A stretch of 58,373 bases of DNA, filler included, from Sphacelaria rigidula (taxonomy: Eukaryota), in NCBI GenBank assembly GCA_964200075.2. It is 7 parts of 7 records of this genome, joined end to end, with 100 filler letters (N's around TTAATTAATTAA, not from the genome) between each part and the next. Parts side by side here need not be neighbours in the genome. Positions count along the whole stretch, not along the records: positions 1 to 8,255 come from CAXNAA020011764.1; positions 8,356 to 16,609 come from CAXNAA020011765.1; 5 more parts are not named here. One strand, 5' to 3'. Under the pieces are notes generated by a model. It did not search any database. It saw only the letters and a list, made by a program, of their open reading frames with translations, and was not told where the DNA came from. Position 1 is the stretch's first letter. The number at the start of each line of letters is the position of its first letter. Below are positions 1 through 11,938 of this stretch, piece after piece. Made by a program: the position numbers and the translations under genes.

Positions 1-399
1 TACCTTTCCTAGGCAAAAAACGAGAAGGTATTCCTTTTCTAGGCCATCGCCCTTTTTACTTTCTCAGGCATCCGTGTTCGGTTGAAGGACGAAAAGCGAA
101 TATCAGCGTCTCAGCTTCCACACATGCCCCAACGGGCGAGGTTCACTGTGACAACTGCCCAAAAGCAGTCGGCTGTACTGACTGTAGAATGATGACACAT
201 GTGGCACGTTCCCAGTATCCACCATTGTCGACTTCGGATAATCAAGGTAAAATAGAGCAGGGATGGTAGTTTCCTGGTAGTTCACTTCTTGAACTGGAAG
301 GAATTTCCCACCCCGGCGTAGGTGTATACTAAATTCAAGTGAAAGGTAATAATTACCGATAAGGAATACCCCGAAATATCCAAATCAGACAAATCCCTA

Positions 400-762
400 A
401 CCCAGGAAACTACTATCTCTGAACAACCGATTCTAAATTCTGGGGTTGAACACTAAAATGGGGTTCAACCGGCAACGTTTTGGCAGGAATGGCGCGAAAC
501 AGTGTCACCAAGGGAAATCGTTTTTTCTCGAAAAACTTGCAGTAGTTAAGCACTTGTGGCTAGGTGCACTGAACGAATGTGGTGTACACGCGTGTCGATG
601 ACGATACCACCGGAGGAGTAACGGCAGAGAGGAACCTCCTCCCCCGTTGTGACGAAGTTGGCACTGATACGCCTCCCGTGTCTGGGTTGCAATCTTCGAT
701 ACAAGACAGGCAGATACAATTGTATGTTCACTCACACACTAGTTGGTTCACGCGTGGGCTCT
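400..762 (+). repeat. Dispersed repeat, probably the 3' region and LTR start (TGTCG at 593) of an LTR retroelement, cut off by the Gypsy LTR at 763
   Basis: 400-634 aligns with the reverse complement of ~38188-38420. A 35-nt block is identical (600-634 vs 38188-38222). Confidence 0.6.
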
Positions 763-1265
763 TGTGATCTGCTGGTTCATACAGACAGGCCCATTCTCAC
801 TTTTATTATCTTGATGTCCTTGGGCCTAGCTTCACCGAATTCGCCAAATGGCAAAGTAGCAGTAGATTCCTCAGGGGCCAAAGGTAAGGGTGTCCACATG
901 TGCAAAGCACACACGGCCCATGTCACTTCTCTCTACAATAGCAGGCGTTACCAAGTTCAGGGAGCCGGGGAACACAAATCTATATGCAACCTGCCCCAAG
1001 ATTGTGGGGATATTTCACAGTACGATCCTCGGAGAACACGAGTCTGTGCGGCAGCCTGCCCCAAGACTGAGGGTATTTTATCGGTACGACCCTCGAAATC
1101 TATAGTCGGACAAGGAGATGCTGTAAACGCCTCTCTACCTCATGACACTCACCCACCCAGACGAACCTCTAGTAGAGTTGCAATGGGATTTTTCGGAAGG
1201 CATCGAAAAATTGAGGCTTATCTCACTTATAAAGTCATGAGTGGCAGGCAGACGACCCGATTACA
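763..1265 (-). repeat. 3' LTR of Ty3/Gypsy element 1 (~503 bp)
   Basis: On the minus strand it starts TGTAATC directly after the purine tract GGAGGATAGG (PPT) and ends GATCACA, giving 6/7 inverted termini. It lies downstream of pol. Confidence 0.7.
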
Positions 1266-4200
1266 CCTATCCTCCAAAAGAAAAAGGAGGGCAAGGTTCA
1301 ATCCTTGCCCGATGCTCCTACACCTCAACAAAAAAAAGCAAAAGTTGCTTCCAAGAAGCGCAATTGCGCATTGCGCTTGACTGCGCAGGAGCACACAATA
1401 TTGCTGCGGCTAGCGATCAGTCGGAAGAGCACACAATGGTATGACGCGCTAGCTAGAATAAAAGCAAATCGGGAAGATACGGGGGATACGAGGGCTCGTA
1501 GGACAGACCAGACTCTACGCCAAAGGGCGAACCACATGCGAGTAATGCATGGTGGAAACTAGCCGAAGAAAAGCAGAAAAATCAGCAATCGAGAGACTCG
1601 AAAGCGTCTAGCGCCAGCCAGACAAGTGTAAGGGGTGAAGCTGAAAGCTCCAGTAAAGCTCCAGTATGCGTGGACGAAGGTGCTCCAGACAAGCTCTGGT
1701 TGGAAGGGTTGACAGGAGTGGCAGCGTGACGAGGGTCGTACCTGAACAATAAAAGCAAAGGAATAATCTGAAAACCAAACTGGGGGAAAAGATAAAGGTC
1801 GCATTGGAGACAGGATATTGAGTGTAAACTCTTTGGGCGGTTCGTTGACGTCGTGGGTGCAGTCGACACTGCGCTGAATGCCTCGACCTACCCTTGGACT
1901 TGAGCCATTGTAGGCACCAAGAACCGCGTGGCGCTGATGGGCTGACGGTGTATGACGCTGAGCGAAGCGTGAGCTGCACAGGCCCAGGATCATCGAGGAA
2001 GCGAGTGATGTATGTATCCGCGGCGTGGGGATCGACTGAGTGGATCTAACCCAGCCCCCAGAGGTGATCGCTGCCTTTGTACCACAGATAGGCACCTTTG
2101 GGGAGCACGGTCTGGTTTGCGCGGAGTTTTGCTTCCCATTGGTTGGTGGGTAATATTTCGTAACCGTAAACGATAAAGCGTAACCCTTTGTCACGGTGAA
2201 GTTCGCGGGATGCGGCGCCGCGGCGCATGTTGCGATACTTTTTGTTGTCAGCAAGATGTTGCTGTGCGGGTTGCGTCCAATAGAGGAGGATTTCAAAGCG
2301 ATGCAACTGAAGGTCGGGTTCACGTTCGCGCTCCGATGACCTTGCAAGTGGGTCTTGTACATGACAGCTACTTTGCCCCCTCGTTCGTGAGTAATTTGGT
2401 GACCAGAAATATGAGATACGGCTAGGCGGAGAGGTTGTTCGGTCACGTCTTCACTAGTGACGTGATAAGGCGGTGATTTAGTCGAGTCACTGTTAAGCAC
2501 ATATTATTGTGTGAGGCTGACAGATAATTATTTTGGCATGTCAGTGGTGTCATGCGGGTTCGTGCAAGGCTTGCATCGATGCACAGAGACGCGAGATTTA
2601 GCGTCATGTCCCTGGAGGTCGCGAGGGAGATCAAGGTAGAGAAGTTTGTCGCCAACAGGCTTCCCATCAGGTGACGATGGCGAGGGGCCGATGGGCACAA
2701 TCTTAAACGGTCCTGCCCAGTTAAGGGACAATTCAGTCTTCAAGACTGATTCGTTGGCGGCTCTGTCGGCGCCTTGACGGATGGTCGACAAGCTGTTGTA
2801 AACCCAGACCCAATCGCCAACCTTCCAGGTGCGGCATTTGTGCATCAAGTTGTAGAGAGCGGTGTTTGATCCCTCAACGCGCGAGGCTTTTATAGCGTGT
2901 TGTTCTCGTACGAGGGTGAAAGGTTTATGCTGTCGCGCTCGCGCGAGGTCATGATAGGCCATCTAATCCTGATCCAGGCCTCGGTGTCCACCGAAGGTGT
3001 GTCTTTCGAACACGATGACGGGCAGGCGAGGGTAGCGCCCAAGATGCAATTCATTCGGAGAGAGGCCGGTAGCGGCGTTGACCGAGTTGTTGTAGGATAG
3101 CATAACACGCGAAAGATAGAGGTCCCAATCGCTTTGACGGTCGTTGACGACCATAGACAGCATCTGTACCATAGTGTGGTTAACGCGTTCAGTTCCAGTA
3201 TTTCCGTTGGGGTGGTAAGCGCTCGTGGCAATCTTGCGAATGCCCAGGAGGTTGTACAGTGCGTCCGAGGGGTCGCAGCAGAATTGCGAACCATTTGTCG
3301 GAGAGGAGTCGTTGCGGGCAACCATAGTGCTCGATATAGTCGTGAACCAAAATGTCAGCTGTGCCTGCGGCAGTGAAGTCTCCACTAGTGACAGCGTGCA
3401 TGGACGCATGACAGCTGAAACGATCAGTGAAAAGTAAAAAGTAGGTGTTGCCACGAGTCGTGGTCGGTAAGGGGCCGAAATAGTCAAGCGACACGAGGTG
3501 ACCAGGGGCGTTGGGAAGTTTCATAGAAATGACGGACCAGCGGATTGTTTGCCGTGAGGTTTTGCGAGCCTGGCACTTGAAGGATCGCCGAATCCCAAAA
3601 CGAGTGGACGCTTTCATACCGATCCACCAGTAGGAGCATTCAGGTAGCGCTAATATGCGCGTGACGCCAAGGTGACAAGACAAGTCAGAGTCACAGCCTT
3701 TCATAACCCATGGCCGCATTAGGATTGGAACATATATGCGGGTGGGTTCGTCATTGAGCATGATGCCCAGTGGGAGCGGCTGAAGTTGCATCCGTCTGGG
3801 GTGTAGGGCGGCGGAAAAGCAATTGAGTACCGTCATCAGTGGTGAAGATGGTGCCCTTACGAGCGAGCGCGTACACGTCCGCGGCGTTAGGCGGTGGCAG
3901 TGTACCAACCGGCGCCATAATATCGGCTGGAATACGAACAGGGCAGCCAAGCTGTAAGTACCGCATTGTTGCGTAGCATAATGGTTCTGCATGTTGTTCT
4001 CGAGCCCAATCGCAATGAGAGTAGCTGGCGAGGAACTCGCGCAGTTGACCTTCCGCTTGAGAGCCGACCAGGCCGGAGGGCCCAGGAAGTGCCGGAACAA
4101 GTGATGGGGAGTGAGTGCTGACATCAATGTCCACGTCGGGATCGTGGTCGGAGGCGATCGTTCCACTATCCGGAGGAGCGGGCACGGCTGGTGCCACGGA

Positions 4201-7200
4201 AAGCGCATTTGAAGCAGAGCGCACCAGGGAGCGTGACCGACTTGCGGTGCGCGTAGTGCGTGTGGCAGATGTTGACGACGAGGCGCGGGGCGCGCGGGCG
4301 CTGGAAGCGCGCTGGAAGCCGGTGCGACTTGGCTCGTGGAAGCAATAGGCGTGGTTGGTGACGCCTGAGCAAGTGAAAAATTGGCACGGGCGGCAGACGA
4401 AGAGCGCGTACTGTCGGAAATAGGGTGAACAGCCGACGGCGGCGGTGCGCGAGGGCCGAAAATGCGGAAATCGGCGGAATCAGAGGTTGTGGGCTTTAGC
4501 CCATCCAAGACTGTGTCATAGGGCTGGGAACCAGGACCTCCGATGTACGTACCCGTTGCGGAGCAGTGCAAGTCAAGGGCGTTAATGGGCGTGGAAAAAC
4601 GCCGGATAGGGTCAACGCCTGGTTCGTCAGGTTCTGCTAGTCGATAAGCTGGGCTTAATAGCCCAAGAAATGACTCCGCCTTCCAGTTCGAGTGGGCTCC
4701 AATTTACTTCATTGGGTAGGGTGGCATGCCTGATATACAGAATGGGGCGGACAGAACCATCGAATTGCGATTGATTTAAAACCGCGCCGAACCCGTTGGT
4801 GGTAGCGTCTGTGTGCAGTTGGAAGAGGCGAGAGCCGTCTTGCACTGCATCCAAGTCTGGGAAACAGAGAACCGATTTTTGGGTCAGTGTTTTCAGCAAT
4901 TCGCGGACAGTACTTTCCATGTCCTTGGTGAAGGCAAACGCGACGCCTTTCGTCAGTAAGTCCGTAATTGAACGAACCCGTTTGGACACATTGAGTAAAA
5001 ATTTGCGGTAGTAAGAGAATCCATCTAGCAAGGAGCGAAGCTGAGAGATGTTGGTGGGCATGGGCATGTCAGTCATCGCCCTGATCTTATTAGTGTCGGG
5101 GTGTAGACCCGCTGGGGAGATGGAATGTCCCAGGAAATCCACTTCAGTCGCCCCGAGGCGAGCTTTGGATGACGACAGTTTCAGATCATGCGCGCGCAAT
5201 CGAGCAAGGGACTCCCGTAAAGTGCGTATATGTGTCTTAGGTGAAGTATCGAAAGCGATAGCGTCGTCTAAGTACATGATGGGGTGTTCGAGGTCGTCGG
5301 TGACTCGCTGCATGAAGCGTTAACAACAACCTGGTGCGGTCGCGGCGCCTTGTGGCATACGAAGCCATTCATAGAGCCCAGAAGATGTACAGAATGCTGT
5401 CAATGGGACTGTGTCAGGGTGGATGGCATTTTGGGAAAATCCAGAAGCGAGGTCGAACGTGCTGAATATTTTTCCTTCACCCATGGAGTCAAAGACTTCA
5501 TCGATGCGGAGGATCGGAAGTTTTCCCACGACAGTGAGGCGGTTCAACCGTGTAATTCACGGTGATGCGTATGCTTCCATTTTCGAGGGGACAACCACTA
5601 GGGGTGAGGCCCATGGGGAGGACGAATGTTGGATCAAACTGGCTCCCAAGCATACATCAAAAATGACACTGATTTTTTTAGTAAGGCGCGGGTTCGTCCG
5701 ATATGGTCGAGAAGAAATTGGTGAAACGCCAGGTTGTAGGGTAATCTCGAAAGGCGGTGTTTTACAATGCCCTATATCCTTCTTGGATTGAGAAAAACGA
5801 TCTTGGTACTCCAATATAACATCTTGCAATTCCTTGATTACAGCGGGCTCCCGACCGGGTCCGTGTGAGTCAAAATTGATGTCACGCAAATGAAGTGGTA
5901 GTTATATGTGGAACCACAAGTGCATGAAACTCTTCCAAGATTCTGGTGAGAGGCGTTGAATTACTTCATCAGGAGGATTGGAAGGTGGCCGAACAGGGTC
6001 CACTGCGTGAACTTGTGGCGAAGATGAAAACATGAGGTCGAAGTAAGGTTCATCAACGCAGTGGGCAGAGCTGTCTGTCTGCGGTGCGGAGTCGGGTGCC
6101 GGTGGGTCAGGCACACAGATTTGAAGCGGAATGTGCATGAGGTGAGCCGCGGCAATGCCCAGAACATCGCCAGAGTCCATATCAGCGTGATCCATAAGTG
6201 TCTGGAGTTGTGTCCCTGCAGCGGCAAAATGCTCAGCTCCAGCAGGTGCGCCAACCTCGGGAAGTATTTCCGCGGGATAGTGTCTTGTTAGAGCAGGCAC
6301 GCCATTGCGACGGATGAGTGCCACTTCTCAGAGTTGGGGATCATCGGAGAGGGGAACACCAACACAACCCTCATATCGTAGCTGGTAAGTAGCTCCGGTA
6401 AGTCGATCAATTTGCTTTGCAGGCCAAGGCCACGTGAAGTGTATCGAAGTGTTCAAGGCTAAGTTCTCCGCGAGGCGCGGATGATGTTGATGATGGTGCT
6501 AACGTGTTTTGCGGTAGGTGCGTTGATCAAACCGCATGTAAATATATCTTCCCAGTAACAAGGCGTGATGCATGGTGCTGTCCGGTGCAATATATGCCCA
6601 GACCGCGAGACTGGCAGAACGTGTGTCGTTGTGAAAAAATTACACCGGGACGTACCGGTTGTCAAAGGTGTGTTGGAGTCACCAAAGCCGCCTCGTGCAC
6701 GAGGCTGGGTCGTGATTTCGCAAACGTCCGAGGCAGCGCCGTGCTGTTTTATATGTTGCCACATTAATTCTCGTATGGATGTTGGTGCATTACCACTATG
6801 CAGCAAGGATACACACTTGGCAAGCGCGGTAGCGTAGGGAGTAACGCGACACGGATGGTGAAAGTGGCTGGATCAACATACGCTTTACCGCCGACAAGGT
6901 CGGGACCATGTTCAGCTGAGGTGAATTGGTCGGGGTCGGGCGGACTGACGACAAAAACAGACGGAGGGTGATCCGCCTGTGGGTCAGATGTGTCTCCGGA
7001 GGGTATAGATGGTGGTGGATCCCTATGTGTAGCACGGCTTGTATTGTCATCTAGATCAATTTCGTACATGACATTCTTGGGAGAGCAAGGGTCTGCCTCG
7101 AAGGGGGAGTCGTGTTGTGTAGCGCTAGGGTCACCCATTGAAGAGGCATTAACGTCAGAAATATCCGATGAGAAACCTTTGGTAATGCCTGGCAAAGCCG

Positions 7201-8255
7201 TCGAGCTCAAGGTCATCACCTTTTGGAGAGAATGAAGTCGACGTTTTCCGCTCGAGAGAGGTGCACGTCTTATTGCGCGCACTTCCTTGGGGGCACATTG
7301 ACGGGTCTTCCTCTTTCACCGTGACAAGGGGCGGGGAACTTCCAAGGTATCTTCAGAAACCACAATTGCGCCCAGTAGGGTAGATGTGGTCAGCATCAAG
7401 GCATGTTCTGCCGAAACTTGTGGACTGTCCGCTGGCAAGCTTGGTTGAAAAGTCATAGCCGAAGGTACATTGGAGTGGTTGGTGTGTTGACCATTCCGGG
7501 GTAGTTTCGCGTGGTACGAGGAACGCGAGGAGCGAACTCGATCAAACTGGGTTGGTGTTGGGTGAGCCGAAGTGGTAAGGTTTGGGCCAGCAACACTTGA
7601 ACCAGTCAAGGTAAGTCCACTACTCCCTGAGCGTGCGGCCGATGAGGGAAGCCTTTGCCTCAGGGACGGCCGGTTGGTGTTTCCACACCTCAGATGTACG
7701 CTTGTTTCTGGAGGACCAAGTCTAGATCCAAGCGTAGAGCTGAGCGGTGAGTCTACGCAGCTGTTACGCTGTAGATGTAGGGATGAAGACGGGGGTCGAC
7801 ATGATCTGCCGTCTTTTGAATCCCTACATAATGCCGGGGGAGCTAAGTGAGAAAGTTCTATCGCCTGTTCCACGGGGCGTGTTGTAGCGGTCTTTGTGTG
7901 TGCTGTCGGCGGCGCCGAAGACTCTGAAACGCCAGCGTTGGCACGTCATGGATCGGCATAATCTGTCATGAAGGAGCCAGGGTTTCTGGCATTGGGATTC
8001 GAACTATCTCGAGGGGGTCCCATGCGCTGATGTCTGTCACTTGAAGTCTGCTGGAGGCGAAAATAACTATCTCTTCTGCGAAAACCAGAAATGCCATTGG
8101 TGTTAGAGCGGCGGTCGCGATTTGAGCGAATGGTGCCGCGTGTGTGAAGTGATTGGCGAGAAGTGCGATTAGGTGCACGGTAATCACGCATGCAACAACA
8201 AATTGTGCGAATTGAGGTTTAACTTTGAAGTGAGGTTTAAGCCTTTAACAGTGCT
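763..8255 (-). mobile_element. Decayed Ty3/Gypsy LTR retrotransposon (gag-PR-RT-RH-INT-chromo-like extension); 5' end runs off the contig
   Basis: Degenerate Zn knuckle (xRTCLDADHIYPTx, ~7375-7415); protease LLHSG (D>H, ~6800); RT motifs WASPLVVVP, FDLASGF, WLRMPQG, YLDD; RNase H LHTDATTNGFGAVL; integrase HLG..YWW..CQARK, LDYFGPLP, YHPNGNTGTERVN, WAGPFKI. Many stops and frameshifts. Confidence 0.95.
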
Positions 8256-8355
8256 NNNNNNNNNNNNNNNNNNNNNNNNNNNNNNNNNNNNNNNNNNNNT
8301 TAATTAATTAANNNNNNNNNNNNNNNNNNNNNNNNNNNNNNNNNNNNNNNNNNNN
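8256..8355. other. Artificial contig linker (also 16610-16709, 24963-25062, 33316-33415, 41669-41768, 50022-50121)
   Basis: 44 N + TTAATTAATTAA (stops in all six frames) + 44 N, repeated six times. Confidence 0.99.
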
Positions 8356-8752
8356 GCCCAATTCGTTTCCGGTGATGATATATTGCTCTGCCAGGTTGAA
8401 TCCGTTTCTGGGCTGGCCCAGCTCGTACACAAATTGGGGATGGGGTTTGAGGGATCGCTTTTCAGTTGTTCTTTGGGTACGACTCCCAACACTCAACAGT
8501 ACCCTAATTTGAGTACCTCAAGTACATCTTTTGAAATTTCCCGCAATGGAGTATACTCTACTCGACCTGCCCTTGAACTCCTTCATTATCGGCGTGTGGC
8601 TTTTCCCCCCCACACATCATTGTCTCGACCATTTTTCTGTGTACGTATGTTTTATATTTGTCCTTGTATATGTATCATCGTGTTCCACGAGCCATGGCGA
8701 TAATTTTTATGTTGGTATATTTTGTGTATTTTGTCGTGCCCCCCCTCTACAG

Positions 8753-8846
8753 ATCATCCAGAGCAAGACTCCATACGATGAAGAGCCGCTTTTCCTGTAC
8801 CTTGCTCATCAGGCAGTCCACGATCCCCTGGGCCTGCCCAATACAG
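8753..8846 (+). CDS. Single internal exon of an arylsulfatase (ARSB-like, S1 sulfatase) gene
   Basis: The AG/GT-bounded exon encodes IIQSKTPYDEEPLFLYLAHQAVHDPLGLPNT, matching the sulfatase motif PxFLYLAxxxxHxP. Confidence 0.75.
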
Positions 8847-8881
8847 GTGAAGCGATGGTTGCGAGCAGGGTATTTAGCAGG

Positions 8882-9221
8882 TGTAAAAGACACAGTCGGA
8901 CAGTGAGTGTGACTTATCCTACCCGGACGGTGGGTGGGTGTGTAGGTTGTAGCTTCTCACTCCGCGAAAGGGTACGGAGTGTGCGGAGCCGCGGCGTGGA
9001 CTTGAACAGGAAAGACTTTGCAAGTCGGTTTGGGTTGAGGTATAGAATGACGGAGAGGGGGATGCACCCACGAGGAGACACGTTGACACGGGGGAATGAC
9101 GCTCCCAAACTGGGGATTGGATGATGACAGTTCCAGGGTGACAGACCCGGGAAGACGGTCCGGGTTGACTAGCCTGGGGTTATTAGTACGCGGGTCGGGT
9201 CATACAGAGGTCATAGTAACG
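8882..9221. repeat. Isolated LTR (~340 bp), same family as 45879-46219
   Basis: Colinear similarity along the whole length with 45879-46219. Termini are TGTAA...AACG (CA mutated). No clear TSD. Confidence 0.7.
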
Positions 9222-9388
9222 GTACAAATAATAGGCAACATACATGCGTCATGAAGCAGCACATGATCATGAACCCTCCTCGGTCACAAAAGGACAAATG
9301 ACATGAGGCAAACGCCCACCGCTCACCTAATGATTTTGGTAGTTTCGCCAAGCAAGCAGCTGGTCCGGTCGAATTCCCCCCCCCCCCT

Positions 9389-9458
9389 CCCCAACGCGGA
9401 ATTCGACCGGACATATGACTATGGCATGCATGATCATGAGTACAAACCCCCCAACGCG
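9389..9458 (+). mobile_element. Ultra-short retroposed LINE-type 3' end with 10-bp TSD CCCCAACGCG
   Basis: TSD at 9389-9398 and 9449-9458. The core GACTATGGCATGCATGATCATGAGTACA is identical to the copy at ~57535-57562. Confidence 0.7.
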
Positions 9459-9729
9459 TCTCGAAACTAACGTGAAGCGAGGTACGTACGTTGTACTTCT
9501 TTTGTTGGTTCAGCTGCGTCAGCTTGGCAGGAAGGACACCACACAAGAAGTGGTCCGATACAGACCATCAATATTTCATCCTTAGCACACGTGCTTTCAA
9601 TTAATCATCACATTTTCCCCTCTCCGCCCCCCTCCTCACCAACCATTACGAAAGCAATTCAAAACCTGTCGTCGGGATTTTTCTCTGCTGTCACCTAGGA
9701 CGGAAAACACGTCAACGCAAATGCATTGC

Positions 9730-11230
9730 TCACCTACTGGATGCGTTGAAGGCCGAGAGAAGCGCGGTGACATGTAATTCAGACACCCACGCGGGCTTCA
9801 CTTCCGCCTGCGACCGTCACACATTCTCGTCATCTACCAGCAGTACACTTATCCGCTCCAAATTTCTCGCTAAATGGCGGGCGACGAGTCTCTTGTGGGC
9901 TTGCACCCAAATCAAACCAAAAAATGGTTTCTTCGGGCCTGTCTTTCTCCGTCTTGAGTTCATCGTTGTAAAACGAGTAAAACCAGAAACCAATTAGCTA
10001 CTGTTGACATGTACGCTTTACCCTCCCATTCCGTGGACACGACAATGGCTAGTCCCTCTATCTTCCCCCCCTCGTCCCCAATACACGAACAAAAAACATC
10101 CGCTTCGACGCCGGCACTAGTTCCTCCCCTCACCAAGGCAGGAATACGGCATCGACAGGTTAGCACAAGAAACCTTGCATCGCTCACCTACACGAGTAGT
10201 AGTAGAGTAGACGCTGTTGAAAAGTGACGACCCGATGTGGGAGTAGATACCGGTGCATTTCGCGTATCCCCGTCACCCCCCGTGCTCTTCTTCTTACAAA
10301 CAACAAAAACACGCAATCGACCCGAGCAGTTTTCTCGGGAACACAATCGAGCACCATTTTTTTCCGCCCGAGCCACCCCTAGAAAAAACACATCATTCTT
10401 GCACAACTTTCGCCACTCGCCTTGGTTGTAGCCAGCAGAAGGAGGGTAGTTGTTTATTTCATCCTGGTATTCCGCGAGCGTTGACATCTTATCTAACGTC
10501 CATCCCCACAACGCCAGCAGCACTAAAAAGGAAGCCCTCAATTTGCACGAGATAATTTGCTACTGTGCAACCCCAACGACCAACCATTCCACATTCCTCC
10601 TCTCACCAAGGCAGGAAATAGTGAAATTGCACAAAAGTCTAGCGACGCTCACCTGCTCGAATATATTTCCGCCTGAAAGGAGACATCACCCCACACACCT
10701 AATGAATATGATACTGACGAAACCGGTTGTTAGTTTAGGTGTCATCCCAGGTCCACCGTTTCCCTGTGATTTTCTCGCGTAGGGATGGGACTGGATAATG
10801 GTCAAGACACAGCAACCTTCAACTCATCGCTCACGCGCCCGATTCATTACAGATGCGGGAAGAACAGGTAACAAAGTGTCAACCAGAGAGCAACGTGTTA
10901 TGCACCAGACCCCCTCGCTCTCCCCGCACTACTCCATCTATTTCAACTTGTTTGAGCTTTTGATGAACGGGACCAACAACTCGGGTTTCCCCCTCTCACC
11001 TAGGCGGGAAAAAGATGCATGGAACATATCACTCGCCTTCAGTTGTAGACCCAAGAACCGAGCGGCACGGCAGTCAGTCAAAATCATGGCGAGCGGCCTC
11101 CCGTTCTCTGCAATGCGCTCGTCAATAAGATGGCTATCTCGCAACAAGACCCAGCGTCGTTCGCCACGCATCGCGACGTTTTGGATATTTCCTCGTTATG
11201 CAAAATTCGTAAAACAAGGCAAAAAGCACT
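9730..11230 (-). mobile_element. Possible decayed DNA-transposon (MULE-like) coding remnant
   Basis: ORF 10188-10541 contains CSRENCSGRLRV, reminiscent of MuDR/FAR1 Zn fingers. A short internal repeat occurs at 10121-10146 and 10593-10620. Weak evidence. Confidence 0.25.
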
Positions 11231-11938
11231 GAAACATACATACACGCACGAACATTAGAGAGGAGCAACTCCTTTCCCTCGCTCCACCCCCGAAGACAGC
11301 AGCCTCAGTAACACATGCCGACCCAGACGGGACCGATTACACCACCCCATCTTTCCAGTAGGCATAGCTCAGACTCCCTTCCTGCACTCTGCCCTCTCGA
11401 GATCAGGACCGACCCGCCCACCATCGGAACCATGAAAAGGGCTGGCGGGTCAAGAAAAAAAAACAGCACCCCGAACTTTGTTGCGCCTTCTCGACCTTGC
11501 ACAGAAAACATGCGCGAACATGTCAACCGCGTGTACGATGCCAGCTGGCGGCAACGCACCACGGCGACAGCAGCGAACCGCAACCCCGAAACGCGTGCAG
11601 TCACCCAGGATATCCAAGGCCAAACGCACAGTCGCCCATCGAAATCAGCGACGCGTGCGTCCGGAGATCGGGACGGAGTTGATGAAACACGTCACCCGGC
11701 ACACAAGTCCTGGAGGACAGTAGCATGTTCCACAGTCGCGGACACTGTCTGGAGCGCTTCATAAGCAGCCGCAAGTAGCGCGTTCCTCCCGGGGTTCCTC
11801 ATCTCTCCTTTATGCCTCGCTGCTTTGCCCCGGCGCTGTTGTTCGACGCTGAAGACTACTGTGTCGAGGGGTGGGACGACAGGTATTTCGGGGTGTATTA
11901 ATGGATAATAACGACTAGCGGCACTGGAGTGCACAAGG

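Noticed and set aside
649..1380. 243-aa ORF on +
   Set aside because: It overlaps the LTR/PPT of the Gypsy element in antisense and has no recognisable motif.
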